Source: an uncultured Gemmatimonadales bacterium
GTDB lineage: Bacteria > Gemmatimonadota > Gemmatimonadetes > Longimicrobiales > RSA9
NCBI GenBank assembly: GCA_963708135.1
Contig: OY970192.1
Coordinates: 800,001 to 864,000 of the forward strand
Length of the DNA: 64,000 nt
Reading direction: 5' to 3'
Shown here: positions 40,671 through 50,546 of the stretch, piece after piece
How the letters are laid out: every line of letters begins with the position of its first letter
How positions within the stretch are numbered: position 1 is the stretch's first letter
The notes under the pieces: generated by a model
What the model saw: only the letters and a program-made list of their open reading frames with translations
What the model was told of the DNA's origin: nothing
The model's database searches: none
Translations under genes and position numbers: made by a program

Positions 40671-43600
40671 CAGTGCCCTCGAAGTGCATTCTGGAGGTCC
40701 GTAAGAACTCGCTGGGCGGTTGTTCGGTCGGCAGCGCTGAGCTCCTCCTGCTGAAGAATTCGTTGAAGCTGACGGGCACGCTGTTGGCCCTTGAGAAGAT
40801 GCGACCGGCCTCCCACGAGTTCACCGGTCCGTAGCTCCTCCCTGATTGCTCCAGCGGTCCCGCCAGGTAGCTTGTCGCCCGCACGGAACAGTTGCTCGAT
40901 GGCGCCTTGGAGGCGTGCGTTAGCGGCTGCCGGGATCTCATTCGCGAAGGCCCCGTACTGACGAATACGATTTGCATTTCGCAGTCCCTCAACAAGACCC
41001 CCTCCCACTGCTCCGAGGGCGGCGTCTGTGATTCCCTGGGAGAGTGTATAGTCCCCCCCGAGCGCTTTCGTGATAAGGTAACCCTCGGCGACACCTACAA
41101 CGGCACCTGCGGCGATTTCAAAGCAGATCGGGCAGAGTCCAAACGGGTCGGTATAGGAGGCCGGATTATCCCCGTTGTAGCTGTAGAGGTTGAGCCCGCC
41201 CGCAAGTCCGATGGGGTCTTCCTGCGTGAACCTCCCCAATCTGGCGTCGTAGTAGCGGTTGCGGAAGAAGGCTCCGGTCTCCTGGTTCGAGTCGCCGTTG
41301 CGGGCGGGGGCGAAGCTGTAGCTTTCGCGGATGGCACCCGACTGCGAGCCCCAGGTACTCCACGCCGGGAGCTCGTTTCCGTTCGTGTCCGTGATGCAGT
41401 TCTCGCCCTGCGGGCCCTGGAAGCTGAACAGTCGTTCGCGATGCGTGATGAAATATGCGCGCTTGTCGTTCAGGCTGCCGAGGGGACACGCAGCGTTGCC
41501 GTACATCATCAGCGGGTCGTCGAGCCCCGGCCCGTCCACGAACTCGACCGTCGAGTGCTCGATCACGTTCTGACCATCGTAGAAGGTCTCCGCGCCGGAG
41601 TGGGCATAAGCGCCGCGGATCCGCCGGCCCAGGCCGTCGTAGCGGAAGAAGGCGGTATCGGGGTGAGTGCCGGAGAGCTGGCCGGCGGCGCTGTAGTAGC
41701 GGTGCCAGGTGTAGGCGGTCCCGGCGTAGGTGCCCTGCTCGAGCGTCTCGTTGCCGTTCGCGTCGTAGCTGAAGTCGACGCTCTCCGGACCGGAGACGCC
41801 GCTGTAGTAGCGGGTCCGGCGGGTCACCTCGTTCGAGAGGCCGTCGAGCTGGAAGAGCACGCTGTCGGCGCACAGGCTGCCGCGCACGCACAGGTACTCT
41901 TTCACGCGGTTGCCGGCCTCGTCGTAGACCATGCTGTCGGTCGAGGACGTCCCTCCAGGGTGGCTCTGACTCGTATAGCGGATGCGCCCGCTCCCGTCGT
42001 AGGCCCAGCGGTCCACCCAGGTCGCGTTATTGGTCTCGTTGCCGCGGTTGACGACCGAATCAGGCCGCCCAGCGGCGTCGTAGGCGAAGCTCAGGTCCAC
42101 GGCGGTGTCACCGCTCGTGGCGTTGACGGAGATGACGCGCGCGATCTGCCCGTCTTTCGTGTAACCGTAGCTCGTTTTCGTGGTGTTGGGCAGCCAGACC
42201 GTGTCGCGCCGCCCGAGCGCGTCGTAGTGGAACGAGATCATCTCGCCAGCGGGCGTCTGGATCTGGGAGACGAGCCCGCCCGGCCCGAGGGTGTAGGTGT
42301 ACGTCCCCTTCGGCGTGCTCAGCGTATGGCGGCCCGCCCACTGATAGGCCGAGCTGTAGGTGCGCTGCGTGCCGGACCACTTGTGGAGCTGCGTGCTTGA
42401 GGCGAGGGTGCCTTCCTTGTTGAAGACCCGCGTGACCTGCGAGCTGTCCTCATCGAGCATGGTGACGTTACCGGCCGCGTCATACTGGAGGTTGATCGTC
42501 GTGCCGACCACGCCGAGGACGCCATTCTGGTAGGTGGATGAGAGGACGCGCTGCTTCGGGCGATTCACTCCGTCGTACTGGATCGCGACGGTGCTGCTGT
42601 CGCGGTTCCTGCGGAGCGTCAGGTTGCCGGCGAGGTCGTAGGCATGGAACTCCGTTGCTCCCATCCCATCGATCATCGCGGTATCCTCGCCCAGCGCGTT
42701 GTAGTGCCAGCTGCGGGAAAAGGTCATGCGCGGGTCGACAGCCGTTGTCCGGTCGCCATCCGCGTCGTACGTGAAGTGGCTCGCACGTCTGTAGACGCCG
42801 TCGTAGTGATCCACCTCGGTGAGATTCCCCAAGGCGTCATGCACGTAGGTCAAACTGTCGCCAACGGGATTGGTCACCCGCCGAACCTGGCCGTTGGCGT
42901 CGTACGCGTAGCTCGTGGTGTGACCCTCGGGCGTGGTGCTCGAGAGCAGGTTGCCAGCATTGGAATCGTCGTTGGCGAGGATGGTGCTGAGATCCTGCAC
43001 GGTATCGCCGTAGACAGGTACCGACTGCTCGGTCACGCTCGCGACCTGGCCGCGCGAGTTGTAGGTGAAGCTGGTCTCGTGACCACGCGGGTCGATGACA
43101 TTGTCGAGCGTCCCGTCCGTGGAGCTGTAGTTGAAGGTGGTCGTGTCTCGGGTCGCGCCCGAGCGCGGTGCGATGACCTTCCACGGTTTGTCGGGTGCGG
43201 CGGTCGAGTAGAGGTAGACTGTGGAATCCGCGCCCGCGCTGGATGTGAGGTCCGCGGCGTTCCGAACGCGGCCGACGACGTCGTACGCAGTGGTGGTCTG
43301 GCGGCCGTTCGGCCAATCGACCTCCTTCGGCAGCAGCGGGAAGTTGGAGTCGTACGTCAGCACGGTGGTGTTGCCCACGGCGTCGATGATCCTCGTCGGT
43401 GCCCCGAAGCGGTCGAGGTAGAACTTCGTGATCTGAATGGTGTGGGTGCGCGGTCCCCGCACCTCGAAGTCCGCGCTTGCCGCGGCGTAGGTGTCGTTCA
43501 GCCCGGTCGCGGTCGTTGCGAGGCCGAGAGTCTGGAGAGGAGTGAACGTTGTCACGGGTGTGCCGGCGCTGACCGTCGGCAGCGTGTCGGCCGCGAGCAG

Positions 43601-45796
43601 CGCGGTCTCGCCCGTATACGAGTACTTCGTCGCATGGCCAAGGCGTGAGGTCCAGCGCGTCAGCAGGTGAGCGGCGTAGGCAAGCACGATCGCGGAGTCG
43701 GGGCGGTCCGGAAGGTAGAAGTCGGTCAGATCGCCCGAGCCGTTGACGGTGATGTTCATGGCGCGCGAAGCAGGGTCGGTGACCGCGCTCAGCTTCGCGT
43801 TCGGGCTGCCGTAGGCGAAGGTGTAGACCCTGCTCTGGTCCCAGGGTGCGATGCGGATCTGGGAGACCCCACTGCCCGCCCCGCCCGTGTAGCTGTACTG
43901 CACCTTGTTCGAAACGCGATCCTGGACCCAGGTCTCCTGGCCGGCCGTGTTGAAGTAGAGCTGGGTGCCGTCGAGCAGCCGCCGGCGGTAATGGGTCGTC
44001 GAGCTCCCGCTCGGATCGACCGCTGTCTCGTAGAAGATGGTGTCGCGGTGCGCACCGACGGGGGCGAGGTAGGCGCTGCCGCCGATGGCGTCGTAGACGG
44101 CCGTGCTGCCGTCCCCGTCGACGAGCAGGACCGCGGTTCCGGATCGCTGGTTCGGGTAGAGCTCTTCGACACCCGCGATGCCCCAGCCGGCCCCGTAAGG
44201 ACCCGCGGAGCGATTCACGACGATCAGGTCGCCGCTCGCCGCCGTCTCGCAGGTGGCACAGATCGTGTCGCTGTAGACATCGGCCACCGTCAACGTGAAG
44301 GTGTGCAGGCCCGTCGTGACGCCGGCGGCCGCCGCGTCGAACCCGACCGCGATCCGACGGGCGTTGCCGCCAGGGGCAATGCGAAGGTCGTTGAACCAAC
44401 GCACGGCCCGCGTGACGCCATCGACGACGAGGGTGGCCTTAAGGCTGTCGGGCACGCGGATGCCCAGGTCGAGCGCGACATTCGCGAGCACGATCGGATA
44501 CGGCTTTGCCGTTCCGCTCGTGTAGAGCAGCGTGAGGGCGCGGTCGCGGTTCATGGTCCGGTAGGCCGGCATCCCCTGTGCGACGAGCAGCTCACCGCAT
44601 TGCGAGGCGCCGGCCGGTCCCGCGCCGACCGTGACGCACGAGGAGCGGGGCATGAGCGAACCGGGGTTGATCGCGGCGTTGACCTCGATCGGGCCCTCGG
44701 GGGCCGTGGGGTTCCCCACCGTGACGTTGTAGGAGCCGCTGTCGCTGCCGCCGGTCCCGGTGGCGGTGAGCGTGATGGTCCCGTAGCCGGCCGAGGCGGC
44801 CGAGAACCTGACGGTCACGGAGCTCGCGCCGTTCGCTCCCACCGTTACGGATGGATCGACCGAACAGTAGGTCACCTGACCGGTGAACCCGCACGCGAGC
44901 GTGTAGGTCAGAGGGGAGCCGTTCGGATTCGAGACGGTGAAGAACGCGCCATTGCCAGACGTGTTGGCGTTTACCGTCAGGCTGCCACTGTCTGGCGTCA
45001 CGGATGGAGGCAGGGTGCCCGATGGATTCACCGTGAACGTCACGGCCACGCTCTGCGGCGAGTTGTCGGCGTTCGCATCGGAGACGCTCACGCTGCCGGT
45101 GTAGGTTCCGGTGGCGAGCGTGCCGGTATGGGCCGTGACGCTGACGCTGCCGTTGCCGGTTCCAGATCCCGGGCTCACGCTCAACCAGGATGCTCCCGGT
45201 GAAGCCGTCCAGTCGAGCGTGCCGCCGCCCGAGTTGGTGACGCTCACGCTCTGTGGTGCCGGATCCGCTCCGCCCTGCGACGCGCTGAACGAGAGGCTCG
45301 TCGGACTCAGGACGATGTGCGGCGTCGTCGTCTGGAGATTGACATAGCAGTTCGTGTATTCGGCAGGTGGCGGGCTGTTCGGCAGGCTCGGCGCTGGCGA
45401 CGCGCCCTGGTTGGCGACGCTGAGCGTGACGTAGCCGTTGCTCGGGCTGGACCCGACGGCGTAGGTGATCGTCACGTCGGCGGCGCTGCCCGCCGCGATC
45501 GTGATCGAGCTCTGTACGGAGCAGGACGTAACGGGCGCCACGAACGAGCATCCGAGGTCGTACGTCGTCGTGGGGTTGTTCTTGTTGTCGAGGTGGAAGA
45601 TGGCGCCGTTTCCGCTGCTGTTGGGCGCGACCGTCATGGGCGAGTTCGTCGCCGAGACGGTCGGGAGTCCCGTCCCCGTCTCGGGGCCACCAACCGCGTG
45701 CGCTGGCTGGCCGACGAGCGCCGCGATGGCGCCGAGGGTGAGGATGCGAGCTGCGGAACGAGCGGCAGCTCGAATGGAAGGCCGCGTTCTGGGCAT
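40670..45796 (-). CDS. Full-length Rhs/YD-repeat polymorphic toxin with N-terminal signal peptide and Ig/BACON-like repeats
   Basis: Basic N-region, hydrophobic core, AHA site; SPTSLSF..V.N.GGGTL.WTAS..WLSVSP.SG; YD repeats; RYYD..EDPIG..DPFG; helical CT. Confidence 0.93.
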   Translation of the reverse strand: MPRTRPSIRAAARSAARILTLGAIAALVGQPAHAVGGPETGTGLPTVSATNSPMTVAPNSSGNGAIFHLDNKNNPTTTYDLGCSFVAPVTSCSVQSSITIAAGSAADVTITYAVGSSPSNGYVTLSVANQGASPAPSLPNSPPPAEYTNCYVNLQTTTPHIVLSPTSLSFSASQGGADPAPQSVSVTNSGGGTLDWTASPGASWLSVSPGSGTGNGSVSVTAHTGTLATGTYTGSVSVSDANADNSPQSVAVTFTVNPSGTLPPSVTPDSGSLTVNANTSGNGAFFTVSNPNGSPLTYTLACGFTGQVTYCSVDPSVTVGANGASSVTVRFSAASAGYGTITLTATGTGGSDSGSYNVTVGNPTAPEGPIEVNAAINPGSLMPRSSCVTVGAGPAGASQCGELLVAQGMPAYRTMNRDRALTLLYTSGTAKPYPIVLANVALDLGIRVPDSLKATLVVDGVTRAVRWFNDLRIAPGGNARRIAVGFDAAAAGVTTGLHTFTLTVADVYSDTICATCETAASGDLIVVNRSAGPYGAGWGIAGVEELYPNQRSGTAVLLVDGDGSTAVYDAIGGSAYLAPVGAHRDTIFYETAVDPSGSSTTHYRRRLLDGTQLYFNTAGQETWVQDRVSNKVQYSYTGGAGSGVSQIRIAPWDQSRVYTFAYGSPNAKLSAVTDPASRAMNITVNGSGDLTDFYLPDRPDSAIVLAYAAHLLTRWTSRLGHATKYSYTGETALLAADTLPTVSAGTPVTTFTPLQTLGLATTATGLNDTYAAASADFEVRGPRTHTIQITKFYLDRFGAPTRIIDAVGNTTVLTYDSNFPLLPKEVDWPNGRQTTTAYDVVGRVRNAADLTSSAGADSTVYLYSTAAPDKPWKVIAPRSGATRDTTTFNYSSTDGTLDNVIDPRGHETSFTYNSRGQVASVTEQSVPVYGDTVQDLSTILANDDSNAGNLLSSTTPEGHTTSYAYDANGQVRRVTNPVGDSLTYVHDALGNLTEVDHYDGVYRRASHFTYDADGDRTTAVDPRMTFSRSWHYNALGEDTAMIDGMGATEFHAYDLAGNLTLRRNRDSSTVAIQYDGVNRPKQRVLSSTYQNGVLGVVGTTINLQYDAAGNVTMLDEDSSQVTRVFNKEGTLASSTQLHKWSGTQRTYSSAYQWAGRHTLSTPKGTYTYTLGPGGLVSQIQTPAGEMISFHYDALGRRDTVWLPNTTKTSYGYTKDGQIARVISVNATSGDTAVDLSFAYDAAGRPDSVVNRGNETNNATWVDRWAYDGSGRIRYTSQSHPGGTSSTDSMVYDEAGNRVKEYLCVRGSLCADSVLFQLDGLSNEVTRRTRYYSGVSGPESVDFSYDANGNETLEQGTYAGTAYTWHRYYSAAGQLSGTHPDTAFFRYDGLGRRIRGAYAHSGAETFYDGQNVIEHSTVEFVDGPGLDDPLMMYGNAACPLGSLNDKRAYFITHRERLFSFQGPQGENCITDTNGNELPAWSTWGSQSGAIRESYSFAPARNGDSNQETGAFFRNRYYDARLGRFTQEDPIGLAGGLNLYSYNGDNPASYTDPFGLCPICFEIAAGAVVGVAEGYLITKALGGDYTLSQGITDAALGAVGGGLVEGLRNANRIRQYGAFANEIPAAANARLQGAIEQLFRAGDKLPGGTAGAIREELRTGELVGGRSHLLKGQQRARQLQRILQQEELSAADRTTAQRVLTDLQNALRGH

Positions 45797-45864
45797 GATG
45801 GCGCTCCCTGCTCGAGGGAATCCCGGAGCCCCGATGCCGGTGCTCCGTGGAGTGGGGCACCATC

Positions 45865-46758
45865 CTATCTATCGCGTTCGGAGAGGCCGTCGAGGTTCCA
45901 ACGTCCCGATCGGAGGTTCCAACGTACCCGTTCACGGGCAGGATCGCCGGTGGTGGCCGGCCGGGGCGCGGCGGGACGGGCATGGAGCTCCAGCCAGCGG
46001 TCAGCCAGCGCCCGCGGGTCCAGGCCGGCCCGGATCTCGGACACGGACAGCTGCAGCCGGCGGCGCAGCGATTTGCCGAGCGCCGCCGCGTCCGAGAAGC
46101 CGGCCAGGAAGGCCGCGTCCCCGGTTCTCGCGCCACGAGCGATCGAGTTGGCCGCCGGAAGCAGCCGAAACAGGAACTGGCACTGCTCCACGGTCGGGAG
46201 ACCGGCGTCGCGAACCTGGCGGAAGAGGGCGTTCCGACTGACGTGGAGCCGCGCGGCCAGCTCGGCCGGGCTCCACCGTGCGGCGTCGCTTTCCGCCAGC
46301 AGCCGGAGGAACTGGAGAACCACCACGTCCCGGATGGCCAGGGCACGGATGACGCGGCTCGCGACGATTTCCGGCGCGCCGCGGAGGAGGTCACGAATGT
46401 CGCCGCCCAGCTCGGGTCCCGGGAAGAGGAGGCGGACGCCGAACCGGGCGAGCGGGTAGACGCGCCGGACCATCTCCGGCGTCAGGTCGCCGAGGTAGGC
46501 CGCCGTCGGCACGAGCAGGCCCCGTCGGTGGAGGACGGCGATCGTGCGGCGGCCCGGGTCATCGAGCAGCACGGCCGCAAAGACGAACGCGGCCGGCGGA
46601 GCGCGGGACGTGAGGGTCCCGACCACCGCGCCCCAGCTGCCGGCGGATGCGATCGTGGCCGCCCGTCCCGCCGCTTCGTCCACGTCGCGGAACGCAGTCC
46701 CGCCGCTGATGGCCAGGACGAGGATCTCGAGAGGGTGGCGCCGCGCGTTTCCGCCCAT
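45865..46758 (-). CDS. AraC-family transcriptional regulator (start uncertain)
   Basis: AELAARLHVSRNALFR..RL..A..A.LAGFSD.AAL.KSLRR dual-HTH pattern. Confidence 0.7.
   Translation of the reverse strand: MGGNARRHPLEILVLAISGGTAFRDVDEAAGRAATIASAGSWGAVVGTLTSRAPPAAFVFAAVLLDDPGRRTIAVLHRRGLLVPTAAYLGDLTPEMVRRVYPLARFGVRLLFPGPELGGDIRDLLRGAPEIVASRVIRALAIRDVVVLQFLRLLAESDAARWSPAELAARLHVSRNALFRQVRDAGLPTVEQCQFLFRLLPAANSIARGARTGDAAFLAGFSDAAALGKSLRRRLQLSVSEIRAGLDPRALADRWLELHARPAAPRPATTGDPARERVRWNLRSGRWNLDGLSERDR
45892..45925. promoter_or_regulatory. 13-bp direct repeat with 21-bp period upstream of rhs
   Basis: GAGGTTCCAACGT at 45892-45904 and 45913-45925. Confidence 0.5.
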
Positions 46759-47072
46759 GTCATTCCGGCGGTGTGGCGGGAGAGTGTTCGATGCCGACCG
46801 GCGCCCATCGGGCTCGTGGGGAGAGTCGCCGTTGTCTGGCTGGAAGGAGTGGCGAGGGAGTGCGAGCCGGATCGTCGCTGAGCTGCCGGAGGAGCGACAA
46901 GCCAATGGTATGTTGCGTCCAGCCGCCGTCTGACGCAGCCCCGGTTCCGTGACAGAGTTGTCAGAATCGAGTCAAGCTCTGGTTGGCACACGGCTCTGTG
47001 CACAGAACTGCACGGACATTTTCCGCGGGGCCGCCCCTGGCCCGTCCGGCGCCGGCGCCTTACCGTTTGTCC

Positions 47073-48122
47073 ATGAACCCCCCTAGCGCCGTCCGTTGGG
47101 CCGCGGATTCTCGCGCGGTCGAGGTGCTGGACCAGACCCGCCTGCCGGAGGCCGAGGTCTGGCTGCGGCTGGGGTCAGCGGCCGAGGTGGCGGAGGCGAT
47201 CCGGCGGCTGCGCGTCCGCGGCGCCCCCGCCATCGGCATCGCGGCGGCGCGCGGCCTCGCCCTGGAGCTGGCGCTCGCGACGTCGCTCGAGCCGGCGGCG
47301 TTCGATGCCCGGCTCGCCGAGACCGCCGCCACGCTGAAAGGCGCCCGCCCGACCGCGGTGAACCTGGCGTGGGCGGTGGACCGGCTGTGCGCGGTGGCGG
47401 CGGAGCACCGGGGGAAGGGACCGGGGGGCGTCGCCTGCAAGGTGTGGGGCGAGGCGGACCGGATCGCGGCGGAGGACGCGGCAATGTGCCGCGCCATCGG
47501 CGAGCACGCGCTCGGGCTGTTCCCGGAGCCCGACGGGCGGCCGCTCGAGGTGCTCACGCACTGCAACGCGGGGGCGCTGGCGACGGGCGGGATCGGCACG
47601 GCGCTGGCCGGCGTCTACCTGGCGGCGGAGCGGGGGCGCTCTGTGCACGTGTGGGTGGACGAGACGCGGCCGCTGCTCCAGGGGAGCCGGCTCACCGCGT
47701 GGGAGCTGGGCCGGGCGGGCATCCCGGCCACGGTCATCGTGGACTCGGTGGCGGCGTCGCTCATGGCGGCGGGGAAGGTGGACCTCGTGATCACGGGCGC
47801 GGACCGCATCGCGGCCAACGGCGACGCGGCGAACAAGATCGGGACCTACGCGCTGGCGGTGCTCGCGCGCCACCACGCGGTCCCGTTCTACGTGGCGGCG
47901 CCGAGCAGCACCGTGGATCCGGCCACGCCGACGGGGGCGGCGATCCCGATCGAGGAGCGCGGGGCGGACGAGGTGCGGCGCGGGTTCGGGCGGCTCACCG
48001 CGCCGGCGACGGTGCCCGTCTTCGCGCCGGCGTTCGACGTCACGCCGGCGGCGCTGATCGCCGCGATCGTGACGGACCGCGGCGTGCTGCGGCCGCCGTA
48101 CCGGTTCGGGGGAGGCGGTTGA
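47073..48122 (+). CDS. mtnA: S-methyl-5-thioribose-1-phosphate isomerase
   Basis: LDQTRLP, VRGAPAIG, RPTAVNL, THCNAG.LAT, ETRP.LQG.RLT, NKIGTY. Confidence 0.96.
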   Translation: MNPPSAVRWAADSRAVEVLDQTRLPEAEVWLRLGSAAEVAEAIRRLRVRGAPAIGIAAARGLALELALATSLEPAAFDARLAETAATLKGARPTAVNLAWAVDRLCAVAAEHRGKGPGGVACKVWGEADRIAAEDAAMCRAIGEHALGLFPEPDGRPLEVLTHCNAGALATGGIGTALAGVYLAAERGRSVHVWVDETRPLLQGSRLTAWELGRAGIPATVIVDSVAASLMAAGKVDLVITGADRIAANGDAANKIGTYALAVLARHHAVPFYVAAPSSTVDPATPTGAAIPIEERGADEVRRGFGRLTAPATVPVFAPAFDVTPAALIAAIVTDRGVLRPPYRFGGGG

Positions 48123-48123
48123 G

Positions 48124-49621
<1,498 letters not shown>

Positions 49622-49629
<8 letters not shown>

Positions 49630-50146
49630 GGCTCCGCGGGATCCGCAGGCCGGGCGCCCGCGGGCAACCCGGCGCCCGCTCCGCGTGGCGGTCTGCGGCG
49701 CCGGCGACGCGGATGCCGCGCCCGAGCTCCTCGACGCCGCGGCGACCGTCGGCCGGATGCTGGCAGAAGCCGGCGCGGTGCTCGTCTGCGGCGGCCTGGG
49801 CGGCGTCATGGAGGCCGCCGCCCGGGGCGCGGCGGACGCGGGCGGGCTGACCGTCGGCCTGCTCCCCGGCGCCGACGCGCGCGCGGCGAACCCGTTCATC
49901 TCGGTCCCGCTGCCGACGGGCCTGGGCGAGGCGCGCAACGCGCTCGTCGCGCGCACCGGCGATGCGGTGATCGCCATCGGCGGCGGCTGGGGCACGCTCT
50001 CCGAGGTGGCGTTCGCGCGGAAGGTCGGCATCCCGGTCGTGCTGCTGCGCCCCGGCCTCGCCGGCGGGCTCGGCCTGGACGAGGCCGCCAGCCCCGAGGC
50101 CGCCGTGCGCCACGCCCTGGAGCGAGCCCGGGAGCACGCGCCGTGA
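49622..50146 (+). CDS. TIGR00725/LOG-like Rossmann protein
   Basis: GGLGGVMEAAARGA..GG.TVGLLPG, ARN, GGGWGTLSE. Confidence 0.85.
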
Positions 50147-50535
50147 ATCCCCTCCTGCGCCTCGCCTTCGTGCTGCACCTCGGCGGCGCGCCGGCGCGGC
50201 CGCCCGTGCGCGCGGCGATGCAGCCGCGCCCCCCGGGGCACCCGGCGGCCGAGGGCGCCGCCGCTCCCGCCGGCCGCGACCCCTGGCTCGGCGAGGACAA
50301 GCTGAAGCACTTCTTCATGTCCATGGCGATCGTGAACCTCGGCTACGGCGTGGCGCGCGCAGCGGGGGTGGACCATCGGCTCGCCGTCGGGGCCGCGGCC
50401 GGCGTGGGCGCCGTTGCCGGGCTGGGGAAGGAGCTCTACGACCGGCGCACCGGCGGGGACGCGAGCGTCCGCGACCTGGCCTGGGACGCGCTCGGGGTCG
50501 TGGCCGGCGCGGTGCTGGCGGCGCACAGCAGGTGA
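50143..50535 (+). CDS. Small membrane protein, YfiM-like
   Basis: D.WLG.DK.KHF, GKELYD, S.RDL.WD. Confidence 0.65.
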   Translation: MNPLLRLAFVLHLGGAPARPPVRAAMQPRPPGHPAAEGAAAPAGRDPWLGEDKLKHFFMSMAIVNLGYGVARAAGVDHRLAVGAAAGVGAVAGLGKELYDRRTGGDASVRDLAWDALGVVAGAVLAAHSR

Positions 50536-50546
50536 CCGGTTCCGCC

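Larger units (their letters stand above)
38125..41160 (+). mobile_element. IS110 toxin-cargo unit 4; its CT is the tip currently fused to the full-length Rhs
   Basis: Left junction AGAGGCGTC|CCTC and right junction GATAATCCGG|CCTCC (minus strand). Confidence 0.75.
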
